Below, in pieces: positions 39,608-54,100 of a stretch of 57,412 nucleotides of DNA. The notes under the pieces were generated by a model. The model was not told where the DNA came from. It saw only the letters and a list, made by a program, of their open reading frames with translations, and searched no databases. Origin of the DNA: Rotaria socialis (Eukaryota); assembly GCA_905331295.1 (NCBI GenBank), contig CAJNYD010000124.1, positions 1 to 57,412 of the forward strand, read 5' to 3'. The translations under genes and the position numbers were made by a program. Within the stretch, counting starts at the first letter, position 1. Every line of letters starts with the position of its first letter.

Positions 39608-42600
39608 ATATCAATCATCGTAGTACATCATCAACATCAATATTCAACAATGGTCATTCGATTGGCCCGATCATACCACCCGTAAGTCTGTCAGAAACAA
39701 AAGAGCACATCGTTACAAATCGGCATCTGTTAGGGCAAACAACCAGTATCACAAGATATTGAAGTTATTGTTCTTGACGATGATAGTGATGTAGAACCAA
39801 TTGGCATATCAAATATAACTACACATGAAACCAACAATTCTGATGTTTTAAAAACTTTGATTTCAACACTTGACACCAATACTGAACTCATTCATGTTAA
39901 ACCAAATTCTTCTACTCAAATATGTACAGCCGCATTAAATTATTCAAAACTTGTAGAAACTAGTATTATTTTAGTAAACATTATAATCAAAACATTTCCT
40001 TTAAAAATTAGCATTTTCTCGTTTAACAGGTTAATCATTATCCGATAGCATCTACAGAATGTATAATCAAACGATATTTATACTTGAGCAAACCATGCCA
40101 ATCATTATCTATACCAACTCGAATTCGTATTTATAATCGTTCATTATCTCTTCTCGGTTTTATAATTGAAGAACCCAGTTCAATAGAAAATCTCAACCGA
40201 TATCTTATTATTTATGATAACTATACAGCCAATTATCATTCGCCAATGGATTTTCATCTTTGTCTTTGTCAAAATTTTGAAAAGCATATGTTAAATTTTG
40301 ATAACTGCGAATTACGTTCCTATTATCAACGTGCATTTCAAAATTTTAATACAAGCAAACGATCAAGTACGTCTATAGGCACAATAATACGCGTAAGAAA
40401 ATTTGGTTCGCAATATCATAATGCACGTATTATTGATAAAGATTGTTCATTGATAAAGATATGTTTTTTTGAACGAAAATCTCAAACAGAAATGTGGATA
40501 CATTCAAATTCATCGCTTATTGATTCAACGCAAAATTTATTATTATCAACAAAACTAGCAATATCATCATTTGAATCTCATAATTTAACGCAAGAAATCA
40601 TAATTACAGATTTGGATTTAGATTTATCACGGTTACGTAAGCGTAAAACGAGTGGCAATAATATAAATGAAGGTAACTGATTGAGTATTGCGTGTTAAAA
40701 CAATGAGCGATGTAATAGAGCAATTATTTGTCTGTCGCACATGAAAAATGTACTTATGAAAGACAAGAAACGTCAGATAATTTGATTAATTAAAAGTAAA
40801 ACATATTCTGACATTCATAGGAATTATCAGTAAATATTACGAAACAATGAATTAATTATAGACGCATTTATTTCGAACATATTTTCATTATAAGGAAGTA
40901 TTCCATTCGATGATTACATCTCTCTCTCTCTCTCTCTTTATGTTCATCTTATTATCAATCAAACATCTCGTGACAATCAATCCTTTGAGGATAGAGTTAC
41001 TTTTAAGAGCGAGAATTTTTCGAAGCCTTATAACATATCTTAATACATATGGAGAGATCAAAGAATATCCGAAAAGTAGTTAATATATAGACGAATGCAA
41101 GTCTTTTTTTCAGATTCATATGTAATAGATTAATAATCTGTACGTGTATGTACATCATTAAAATAAGAATAAAATCTCATTCAATTTTAGGTAGAAAAAA
41201 GCTTCGTGATCGATCGAATACTAAACAAACACAAATTTCACAACGACAATCTTCATCGTCGAGTGATGAAATTCCATCAGCATCGCGTGCTAACATGCTT
41301 ACAGCGTATTATACTAATATTCTTTTACCGAAATTTCGAATGCTTAACAATTTACCATCGATTCCACATAAATGTAATCGTCAATGTGTTTTCTTGGCCG
41401 AAGAAAAATTTCACATTAATAAAATTCATACAAATCCTTTTTTACTACCATTTGAATGTCGATGGTCAATTATTGATGGCAAACCACGCAGTTATCGCAC
41501 ACCATGCCGTCGTACACTTCAGTCACTTGAGAATATTGAAGAGTATCTCTATCGAACAAAATCAAAGTTATCAATAAAATTTTTTGTTAATGATCTTGTA
41601 ACGCGTTTTACACCACCGATAGACAAATTTGATGAAAAATTTATTATGATCAATGATCTTTCTTGTGGCCAAGAAAATATTCACGTAACTGTATATAATG
41701 ATATAGATAATACGAAGCCAGATAGTTTCACTTATATTACTCAAATACGTCCGTTTGACAATCGAATTTATGCTGCATTTAATGATACGAATTCGACATC
41801 ATGCTGTGATTGTACTGATAAGTAAGATAGATTTTTATTGTTTGGGAGTTTAAGTGAAACCTTGTTGCCTCCTGGTTGAGTAACGTTTATCGAATAACAG
41901 ATTGCTTTGTAAAGAAAATTAGATACAAAAATGATTAGAAAATCTACCAGTAGCAATACTCAAAAAATCTGTTGCTTAAAGGAAAATATATGCTTTAGTA
42001 ATTGTTCTTATCGTTAACATAAATCAGCTTGATCAACTTAGTATGTAGTCTTTTTAGAAAATAATTTATTACGATTAAGCAAAGTTAAAAAAATTTTCAT
42101 AATTTTTATTTAGTATATTTATTTTCTAAAGTCTTGATGGCCGCACTAAGAAATCGATAAGATTCTGTCAGATGTTCGTCGTGTGCTGTAGCAAAACATT
42201 TTGCTATGTGTAACTTAGGAAAAAAACAAAACAAAGGTTAACCTAAAAAGCGATGAAATCAAACTAAATATTTTCATCTGATACGCTTTTGGAGTACATA
42301 ACAAAGCAACAATAGAATGCAGGATAGGACGCGTGTATACGCCGCCAGAGAAAAGATGCATGGAATGTTCTCTATTAAAAAAATCAATCATACTATTTGT
42401 GCTTGAACTTTGTGCCTGGATTGATATGCAAGAAAAACTTAATTAGCTGATTTTCATATAAACAAAGTTTTCCTCGTATATGTATTGAGATCCATAAGTA
42501 GATTCTGCAAATTTGATACAAAATCTGGGTCGCCTTGACATTCATTTAGAAGATTTTTTTACTCATCATTAAGCAAGGGAAATCAACGATTTGATTGTTG

Positions 42601-44036
42601 AGAGTATTGTAATAGAATATTTTGAACATCAAACATTCAGTTTCGAACGAAACAACAATTACATTGATAATTAGTACTAATATGTGTATAACTTACTATG
42701 CTCAATATCTAGAACTAATTTTCGGCCCGTTTCGACCTTACGACAAGGACATGTCTGGCTATTCAAAAAAAAAACGAGGCAGGAGACAAAGAACCATTAT
42801 TTTATTGATGATTGATTTCGTGTATTGTGTATAGACTATTCAATGTTGATCGCAAATTTGAGGTTCCTTTTGTAAACGTGTGAGTCAAAATCTCATTATA
42901 AAAAATTCATATTTATGAATTGTTTTGTTATGATCATTTTCTCAATTAATATAAGATTTTAAGTAATTATAAATATTGAGTCTACTGCCACTTGATAGTT
43001 TTGAATATGCAAAGGTTTTACGATGACTTCTCTCTAATCATAGTAAACAATAGAAAAATCTGTTTCACTAAATCATTCGACAAATCTAAAACAAATTTTT
43101 TTCTCTTTGTTTTCAAGTTGTAGGGATCGAATGAAATGCGCTTGCTATCGTAAAACACTCAATCAAGCTCTACTTAATCATGATCCATTAGTTGTTGAAA
43201 AACAAAAAAACCGTTGTACCCTATCGTATATCATGAAAAGTATTGGCTATGAACGGAAACGTCTACTTAATCCAGTATCAAGTGGTATATATGAATGTAA
43301 TTCAAAATGTTCATGTCATCATCAACATTGTACAAACCGTCTTGTACAACAAGGCTTATTTGCTCAATTACAATTATTTAAAGATAAAGATAAAGGCTGG
43401 GGTCTACGCACATTACATGATCTACCACGTGGAACATTTATTTGTCAATATGTTGGAGAATTAATAACATCAGATCAAGGACATGAACGTGCTCAAACAA
43501 TGGACGATAAATATCAAACGAGTCTTGATTTAGTAAAACAAATTCATTATGACGTTAATAATGATGAAGATGATGACGATGACGATGAACCATATGTTAT
43601 TGATGGCAGTTTATATAGTAACTTAGGAAAATATTTTAATCATTCTTGTAATCCAAATATGTACATTCAAAATGTATTTATCGAATCACATGATTTACAC
43701 TTTCCAAATCTAGCTTTATTTACTCGTACTCGTGTTAAAGCAGGAGAAGGTAAGTTTATAAGGACAACAACAATAATCTCATTCTAAAACTCCTAGAAGG
43801 AAACGAGAGCATAATATTTATTTTTTTTTCAATCTTATGAAACCAGATCTAAAATAAATCTTCGTTTTTATTACTCATCTCATCAAAAGAACGAGTCGAA
43901 TAACATGTAGACTTAGTATGCCATTTTTTTTCTTCTTCTTGTAGAACTCACTTGGCATTATAATTGTGAATTATTACCTGATCGTGAAGTGAAATGTTTT
44001 TGTGGCTCAAAAAATTGTCGTGGGCGTCTTTTTTAA
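39608..44036 (+). CDS. SETDB1: SETDB1/eggless-like H3K9 methyltransferase, paralogue B
   Basis: Same domain order: RYLIIYDNY, YRTPCRRTL..LENIEEYL, CCDCTD, GIYECNSKCSC, KGWGL, KYFNHSCNPN, ELTWHYN and CFCGSKNCRGRLF*. The 5' start could not be resolved; 39608 is the first convincing exon acceptor. Confidence 0.88.
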
Positions 44037-45390
44037 TAAAATAAAATAAAATAAACTTTTTCGCAAGTCAGTTGAACCTATTTATGTTGTTATTTCTTGA
44101 CATATTTTTGTTGATTTTGTGTATGTGCTTTTTTTTCTTGTGGACATTTTTTTGGATAAAATTCTTTCTATGTCGCCGGTTTCTTTTTTTTTGTCATCGC
44201 AATGCATCGGTCAGATTGTTCGATGAGACTCAACACCATCCAAAAAAGAAGCAGATTGAGAGAAAGAAGAAGAAAAAACATGATGACTGAAGAGTGATGA
44301 CCGTCATTGTTGTGTATACGTATAAGTGTGTGTTCTATGACCCTCGTACCAAGGCAATATATAGGGTATGTACAGTTGGTGAGCATTGACATTGAAGAAA
44401 CAGGGGGAGAAGAGGGAAAGAAAGAGAAAGAAAGAGCGCATAAACGAGCGAATGAGGGAGCAAAGGCTCTATTCATATATATTGTTTTGTTCCACACACA
44501 CACGCACAGATACACGCTTGCACGAGCATAGAAGAACGAACGAGTCAGAAGAGAAAAAAGCGAGAATGAGAGAATATAGAGCAAGATGCCGATATGATTG
44601 CTGTTGCTTCTTAATCGCAGTCCTACTCTTTTCCCTCTTTATTCTTCATTTTGTTTCTCTATCCAAAACGATTATGCAAGTTTTATAGCTCGGCAGTAGA
44701 ATGATGTCAATCGACGATTACATACATACAAATATACGTTTGTAGATGTTAAGTGAACTCGTGTGTTCAGTCATACTTCTCGTATATCGTAGGTTGTACT
44801 TGCTTTTTAGTGGATTACTCTCAAAGGAAATGTTTATATAGGCATTTATTGTTTTTTTTTGCCAAACAGAAAAAAAATATCGATAATAGAGTAAGTAGAT
44901 TGAGGCGGTAAGGATGTTTTAATTGGCCAGACTGTGCTTTTTTTATCAGCAAGATTAGCTATTGCAAAAAGAAATATGTCTAGAGTTTGGTAATGAGCCG
45001 ACAGCATGTGAAGTTCTTTTTTGTTTTTTATTGCATGTTCATTACTCTCATTCATATTTTGTTATACTTTAACGAGAGAATAATGAAAGGTCGATGAGCT
45101 CTGAATTTATGTATATCTCGTTCATTCGATCATCTCTTTTCCAAATATTGATTTGAGCTGGTGAGTAAGACATTTGATTGACCGTGTCGTGCCTTGTCGT
45201 TCCCTTCTCCTTCGATTTTTTTTTATCCCTGATCACATTAACCGTCCAGCGATCAAATTAATTCTATTAATTAAATTAATTCTTCGTCAAATATCAATTC
45301 TCTTTTCTCTTTCTTTTTCAAGATCTTATACTATTAGACTAGAAAGAAACATGAATTGAATTTTCTACACGAATTGTGATTTGAAAATAG

Positions 45391-48300
45391 AATTCAAACT
45401 GGCGGCTCCATTCGTTCAACAACAAAATGCAACGAGATCGGACACGAAGAAATTTGTTCTCTCGTCAGCAGCAACAGCAACAGCAGGAGCAACAGCAATA
45501 ACAACTGCATCTTTATCATCATCTCAATCTCTCTCACAATCGACAGACGATTCATCAATAGCAACGGTAGCTATGACACAACCATCATCAACGTCTCTTC
45601 TATCGGATATTGTACGACAAAAATCTACAACATCACCATCAAATAATTGTTCATCCATACAATTACAAGATGATACATCATCATCATCGTCATCGAATAA
45701 GACACGTTTACTTCAACGTATGATTTCATTAAGACGTTCGTCAAGTAGTAAACCATCAACACCAATTTTATCATCACACGTATCATCAACTTCGTCGTCG
45801 TGTCGTTCATACAATGTCCGTGCATTTGAAATAGCACGAGATCGAAATCTCCGCCATTATCCTTGTATAATACATTTTCTCGATGATACAGAACGAACTT
45901 TTCACGTTGATGTAAGTGTAAAGAAAAACAATCGACGCTTTTTTTGTTGATTTTTTAAGTCAAGTTTGTTTTTATTTCGTAGCGCCGTTCTAAAGGAATC
46001 GATTTATTGAATGAAGTATATGATTATTTGGATTTATCGATTGAAAGAAAGTATTTTGGTTTACTCATCGAAGATTTAACACAAGATTTTGCATATCGAT
46101 GGTTAGATTCAACGAAAACTCTGAAAAAACAATTGACAACAACAATGTCACAATATCATCTTTACTTCAAAGTACGATTCTTTCTAACCGATCCTTCAAC
46201 ACAAATCGATGATGAATTTACGAAATACTTGTATGTATTACAAATAAAGAAAGAACTGTTAAGCGGCAAAATGTGGTGTCCACGATCAACAGCAGCTATA
46301 CTTGCAAGTTACATTGTACAGAGTACGTATTAAAATAAGAGAAGGAATCGAAAAAACGAACTCGTTATTCTGTCTTATAGGTGAACTTGGTGATTATGAT
46401 CCGGAAGAACATCGACAAGGTTATTTAGAAGATTTTCGTTTTGTACCATTTCAAAATCCGGACTTTGAAAAAGAAGTTGAACAATATCATAAAGAACATG
46501 GGTAAGAACATTTACAAAAAAAAAGAAATTTCATACCTATATAATAATATCATGAGCTTCTATCGTTCGTACTCTCATTAGTATAGCTACAACGATAATT
46601 TATTTCGGAGAGGAACAAACTCGTTTTTTCTGTTGCTATCTGTATCGGTCGTTTGATATTAGACAGACTACTACATCATTTCATAAATGTCATAACCAAG
46701 CAGAGTCTATAGGCATGACACACTACATAGACTAACAGCGAGAAAATAATAATATTAACATAGTGAGAATGTTGGTTGTTGTTGTTTTCATGAATAATAG
46801 CAATTCGAATCGTTAGCATATCTTAGCCAATTTTTGTCTTGAGCTTCTATTCATACAGATAAAAAAAACAAAATTCTTTTTTTTTCCTATTTATCATCCG
46901 TATGTTCGATTTTCTCAGCTCATCATATTCTACTCTTTGGTTTCAATCGTTATAGCTACTTCCTTTGTTTCTCTATTGTTTGATTAGTAGACATATCTAT
47001 TTCTTAAAGTATCATTTTATGAAAGAAAGTAAAAATCGGAGACCATATAAGTTGCTGAGATGACTTTTTATCGTTCAAATGGTTCTCTTGATCACATGTG
47101 AAAACAAATATTTATGCATATGATACATTAGAAGTTTAAACAAATACACATTTTTACTTCGAACAGTGAAACCTTTTTTTGTTACAATACAACGATTAAA
47201 ATCTGACAAAAGTTAAACAAAGATTAATTCATTTATTTGTCAAATAGAGGTCAATCTCCTGCTGATGCGGAAGTCAATTATCTTCGGGTTGTCAGCTCCT
47301 TAGATATGTATGGTGTAGAATTACACAAAGCATCTGTTAAAGTAAATAGATCGTTAATGTAAAAAAGTATTTATTTAGTTGATCGGTATATTTAATTAGG
47401 TATCGACTACAAATGATACTGTAAATAATTCAGTTGTTGAATTATATGTCGGTGTTTGTGCCATTGGAATATCTGTTTTTCAAAACTCAACGAAATTAAA
47501 CACATTTCCTTGGTAAAATTTCATTGAAGAGCTCGAAGGTATCATCAATTTTCGTTTTCTAAATTAGGGATCGAATAACAAAAATTTCTTTCAAACGTCG
47601 AACATTTTACATTCAACTCGTTAAAAGTCTTGTAAGTGAATCGTTTTTTTTTTCATATCAATAAATTCAATAAGATAGAAAAAACTATAAATTCCAGAAT
47701 GAAGACGAAATACCATCACCGTTATCTATCATGGTAAACACATATTCTACGCTATCCTATAATAAGCATGATACTGCATGTCCTTCATTACTTTCGATTA
47801 TTCTTATTCTTGTTGTTTTTATAAATAATGCAGAATTTTATATTAATTTTTATTGAATTTAGAACGCACCAGATGATAACTCCATTGTATTTACATTACG
47901 TAGTTATCGCTGTTGTAAATATTTATGGAAATCATGTGTTGATCATCATACATTTTTTCGTTTAACATCAATTCCACAATCGCCTAAGAAATTCTTTCAT
48001 TTTGCTAATAAATTTCGACATAGGCAAGTATTGATTATATCCTACGCAAATATTTCTACATGCTTTTCTATTTTTTCTAGTAATGACGTGGTACCAAATG
48101 GTTTATTAATTGAAGCTAATAGTAGAAAACCAAAAGTATTTGAAAGGTAAATAATGTCGCCATCTGATTATTTCTTGGCAAATGAAAAAAAAAAACTGTT
48201 CGCTTGTTTGATAGAGTTTCAAGTCGTCGAAGTTTTCGTACGGCAACCAATGGTTCATCAACATTGCCAGCATCAACATCGAATAATACATTATCATTAA

Positions 48301-51147
48301 CTAGAAATTCCAATTTAAAAACAGTCTTATTTCTTTCGTCATCATCAGTTTCGATATCGAAATCTGATAAATTATTCAGTACTCGTTCACCACCACCACC
48401 AAAACCTCCTCGACAACCTTTGAATTCATCGAAAAATTCTCCATCGAGTAATAATGCGTTGATTGAAGCAAATGAATATAAACCAAAAAATGCCACTTTA
48501 CCAAGAAAAAATAATTATCGAAATAGGTAATTAGGAATTTCTACGATTCTGAAAGCTAGAAGAACATCTAGTTTCTTTATAATCTCAATGGAATACTATG
48601 GATTATCCTCTACAAGCTGCTTTTAAGATTATGACAAAATCTAATTAAGCTGCTTGTCATTTTTTTTCCTATTTTATTTAGCCTTGAAATGTCGAATGGA
48701 ATATCACATGCTGAAGATGACAATGCCACTAAAGAGAATTCTGATGCTATTGTTATTAAACTCCAACCAGATAATGATGGTCGATATGGTTTTAATGTGA
48801 AAGTAATAGTTTCTTTTTTTTAATATTTATTGAATAAGAAATATAAACATGTTCTTATTGTACCTAGGGCGGCGGTGATGAACACACACCGATTGTTGTC
48901 TCACGAATAGCATTAGATACACCGGCAAATCGGGCATCACTTCATGAAGGCGATCAGATCATATCAATAAATCATATTGATATTCAACATCATTCGCATG
49001 AAGAAGTAAATTGTAACATGAAAGAAATAGTTTATATTTTGTTGGTTTTAAATTTTCTAGGTTGTTAATATGATTCGTCAATCACGTGAAAGACCATCGG
49101 GTGAATTAGAACTTTTAATACGACCTTTGAAACAATTTCATTTAGCATCAAATGATGATAATGATGTTGATGTAGAACATACTTATGATAATAGCTTTTT
49201 AAATTTAAATCAAAAAGATCCATTAGAACTATCTCTTGAAGCATTACGTGATGATATTGCCACCGGTCATCTTATTGAACAGTATGAAGTAAGTTTTACA
49301 TATTGGAAGTTTTATTTTATGAAAGTTTTCTTCGCTCTATGTAGACACTTCAAAGACGAAAAGAAGGTTTTACATTCGAAATTGCTGCTAGTCAAATTAA
49401 TTACTATCGAAATCGTTACAAAGATGTTTTGCCTTATGATCAAACACGTGTTATACTTAAATCTAGTTCTGATAGTGATTATATTAACGCTAATTTTATT
49501 AATGTAACATAAAAATATTAATATATTTAAAAAAAACAAAAAAATCTTGATCTCTTTGTATTTTCTTAGATACCTATTAGATCAACAGATATGGTTAATC
49601 GTTATATAGCTACCCAGGGACCAATGCCAACAACGTGTGAAGCGTTTTGGACAATGATATGGGAACAACAATGTACATTATTGATTATGCTAACGACTTT
49701 ATTTGAAAAGTCAGGAGAAAATATGAATTTTTATTTGAATAACTTATGTTATTGCTTTTTTCTAGTGGTCGAATAAAATGTCATCAATATTGGCCAAATG
49801 TATTAGAAACAGATGATTATGGTTTATGTAGTATACGATGTCGACGTGAACGAAAAGAAAATCAACTTATATATCGAGAATTTTTCTTAACAAATAAAGA
49901 AACGAACGAAGAAAGAATTGTTTATCAAATACAAACTGAAACATGGCCTGATCATGGTGTACCAAATGATTATTCATCATTCGTGGAATTTGTTTTAGAA
50001 ATACGAGAATTAAGAAAATCAAAAAAACATCTACCTATTCTGGTTCATTGCAGGTATTGAATGAATACGAACACAAATTTCTACTTGTCTAGACAAAGAA
50101 TATATTTATCAGTTATTTTATCGAAACTATCTTTCTTCACATGATTGAATACCTTTCAAATGAGACAGTCTTAGAATCAGATTAAAAATAAGAATTCTTA
50201 TTCTATATCTATCGATAACGCGATTGATTCATTAAGAATGAACTTTTAAGTATATCGAATCTGTTTTTTAAGTAATCATTCAACATATTAGGACAACATT
50301 TTTTGTTTTATTATCTGCTGCAAAGCAGCATAATTAATTTGGTTAGGTCCAATTAAATGAGAATGCATCATAGTCTCTCAAATGTTTTTTCTATTAAATA
50401 TATTGAATAATTATATTTGTCCTCCTTCGAATTCCGCAAGGCTACAATCAATTACTAGACCGGAATTGACTCTTGTGAAATCTATTGAAAGATTAAAGGT
50501 CTAGATCAATGACTTTTTCTCTAATTGAATTTGCCGCACTTTCTTTGAAAGTTTCTATACAGCATTGTCTTTGGTGTTCTTAAGTCCTTGGTGTGAAAGA
50601 AGATAATGGTGCTTTTGTAAAAAGAATAAGCAGTAGATGTTCTTCTGCTAGACGCAGCTTAAATGTAGAAGCGGGTAATTACAAACAATTGAGACAATAT
50701 CTATCTTATTGATTAACCCAAAGAGTCGATTCTTCTCAAGGTCTCATTTTTCGAATGAGAAAATACTCAGCTGTAATGGCATAGTATATTCATGTAATTG
50801 TTCTACGATTTGATCTTTTCATGATTAATAGAAACATTAGAAAAGAAACTTCTGTCTACTATTAATAAATATATATTTGTTTTAGTGCTGGTATTGGTCG
50901 AACAGGTGTTTTGATATTAATGGAAACAGCTCTATGTCTTATTGAAGCAAATCAACCTATATTTCCACTTGATATTGTTCAACAAATGCGTGAACAACGT
51001 CTAGGAATGATCCAAACTGCTGTATGAATGCTTATAATAATCGATAAATTAATTGCTATTTTCATTGTTTAGAGTCAATATCAATTTGCATGTGGAGCCG
51101 TACTTTATGCCTATGATCAAGGATTAGTACAAGTGAATAGAACTTGA
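45391..51147 (+). CDS. PTPN4: FERM-PDZ-PTP non-receptor tyrosine phosphatase (PTPN3/PTPN4/Ptpmeg-like)
   Basis: FERM domain ([39 protein letters not shown]), PDZ ([10 protein letters not shown]) and PTP domain ([46 protein letters not shown] across the 50053/50886 intron). The start may be ATG 45573 or an upstream exon. Confidence 0.9.
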
Positions 51148-54100
51148 CTGCCAATCAATCTTGTTTCTGTTTTTTTTTCTTTCTGTCAGATATTTGTTCC
51201 TATATGTTATGTGTATTTCTATATGCTCAATGTTAAAATAGATTCATTTCATTTTTTTTCCTGTTGTGTCCGTTCATTGTTTCTATTCAAAGAAATATTA
51301 ATGCCAAGACTAGACTATTTTATGAATATGAAGAATTCGAAATTTGAACAGTCTCATGCGTGTTCATTTGTATACAAAAGATCTTAATTTTGTTTGGCTT
51401 TTGTTGTCTTTTTCTTTTTCGTGTAGATTTACGCTGCACCACTTTGTAATTAATTGCATTTTGTCGTTTTCTTGTTCTATTCCTGAAATTGACTTTATCT
51501 GTCTTTTGTTCTGTCTCATACTAATGTGATTTTTTTCTTTTTGAATTAATAAGATAGAAGATACTACACAACGTCCTGACACATATAAACAAAAGAATTA
51601 ACTTCACAATACATGGTTAGGAGAATAATGTTGTTCATCAATGTATTTGTTGTTATCAATGTGAACAATGGACCCTAGCGATTACTTCCAGTGAGTTGTA
51701 AGAGAAAAGAGAAAAAAATGATGCACTATTTTCAATACGTTATGAAAGATTTTTGTGAGTAGATATCTGATGATAGTGTAAAAATTAATCGAAACAGTTT
51801 TCTCTTCATTTTTTTACAAACAATGTCGAATTAGAAATTAATAAGAAAATAAGCAAGGAACCGAACGTTAAGGCAAGTTTGTTGGAAACAAATGAATACC
51901 GTCGTTGTTATCTGTTCTGCCGAAATGAAAACAGTTGAGTTTAAATATCCTAGTTTTGAATTCAATATTCAAACCGAATAAATTATGATCGTACAAAAAA
52001 TGATTTACGTACGTATCCAACAAAAAGACTACATCAAGCATAAACAAGGTGACCGTTAAATTTTACTCTCGGTTGACTGCTAAACAAAAATTTGATTATT
52101 TAAGCTTGAAATCATTTTCTAGGATAAAGTGAATCGAGCACGATGGGTTATGACGGGTATACACTAAACAAACGATAGGAACTTGAAAGCAGAGATCATG
52201 ACGCTAGATATTCATTAATCTAGTTTTGAAATATAATAGGATGGTAACTATAGTGTAAAAGCAAACGCATCTAAACGTTTTTTTTTAATTCAAGTGAATT
52301 TTAACGTTCGAAAAATGACAGACACAAATATTAAAAGCTATAAACCTGTTTCTTAATGCCAACGATTTCATTATAATCTACTCTTTTTAACGAATCAGAT
52401 GTTACTATTATAATTAGATAATTTGGTGATCGATTTGAATCATAGGAATTCATTCATCAATGGTTCAGGGCCATACGTAACAGTTGGAGGTTCATTATTG
52501 TTCGTCTTGATTTTCATCAGAGTATTAACGGTGATCTTCAGCAGTGTTTCTTTCGATTCAAAAGTAAAGTATCAATCAAAAAGAATAAAATGATATGTAA
52601 CGAAAATTATTGTCTTCGTACATTCATTTATTTCTGTTGGCCTTGTGACGGTTCCATTGTTGAGTAGCTTGGCTGTCAATCATTATCTATGTGTCTTGTA
52701 AAAATGAATGTTTTCTGTGTTAACGATGCGATTTCTCGTTCGACGAAGTCAACTAGAACGAGTTTCGTTATATTAGTAGCATTTCTCTCGTCAATTCCAT
52801 CATATAGATTACATGTCATTTATGATGTTTCTTGTTCTTCATCATCACGTCTGACACATATAATATCTCTTGATATTGATAGATGAAATGAATATGTTTA
52901 GATTTCTCTGGTTATTTTAAATGTATTATGTAGTTGATATACGCATGTCGCGTTGTATATATTTAGAATTAGTGTAATATAAGATAAACATTTGACCGAT
53001 CATTGTCAATAAAACCGATAGATGATGCGCAGTATCTTATGCAGCTGTATATAATACATAATTTTATATTATGAAAAGCCCTGGAACCTTTTTAACATTT
53101 AAAAATTAACAACATTGAGCCAAGATGTCTAGCTGCTAAGTTTATTAGGCCACAGAAACCATTTTAAACAGGCACATCAGTTATTTTGGCTTAGTGTTAC
53201 AGTTGGATTACTTATGTTAAAAAGAAGTCATGATGGCAGTTGATAACATCAACAAAAATAGACAAAATAACAACAGCCAAGAGGGCAATATGGTATCTGT
53301 CAGTAGAAGACGCATGAACATCGCCGATACGAGTTTGGCAAGAATATGTTCGTGGCAAACTTTCTTTATGAATCTATCTACACATTTTCATCAATTTTTA
53401 ATTTTAATAAGTTTTTCATCAGATGATCCATTCGATGATTGACAGTTTCCCCACTTGTCTTGATTTCTTTTACTTTCATTCAGATTTCGATCAAAGAAAA
53501 CTTTAAGAAATAGAAGGTAGTCTTGAGGGTGTGGGTGTGGGCGTGAGTATGTGTATAATCTGAAGAAGTACCCGTAAACTTAGATGAAAGATCAGTTAGT
53601 TTTGAAAATTATTATTATTTTTAAATAAGAAATAAGATTTTATGAGTGGGTTTGTTTATTATTGCGGTAAGTAGGAGCATTTATTATTGATAAACGCTAA
53701 TAAATGAAAAAAGGTCTGAATAAAAAAATTAAATTAAAAACTAAACAAAAAAAAGAATAAGAAATGAGAAGTCTTCAGGTTTTTTCTTGCAAGGAAATAA
53801 AACTTATTAATATCTGCTGGGTACAAAAGCAAAATAGAAAAACAATAAGTTTTCTAATGAATCTTGAACTAAAATCTGGATTCGCCCTTTCGGAAGCGAT
53901 TCTAGCATCAAGTCGAGCTGCAAAGGCGTCCATTAGATAGAGCTCGTTGAGTTCTATCTTGGTCTGTTTTAATCATGTTTTGGTCCGGTGCTTGAGCGAA
54001 TCCATACAAGAATTACTCGAATCCAGCTCCAAGACATCCTACGGTTCAGCATTATTATCAATAAATTATCTGATATGATATTGCATTTTCTAATTAGTCT

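Noticed and set aside
44072..45359. Overlapping ORFs upstream of the PTP gene
   Set aside because: Purine-rich and CA/GA-repeat promoter or 5'-UTR-like sequence; the translations are compositional artefacts.
50040..50910. PTP catalytic motif apparently truncated (VHCRY*)
   Set aside because: An intron splits [10 protein letters not shown], and the spliced motif is intact, so this is not a pseudophosphatase.
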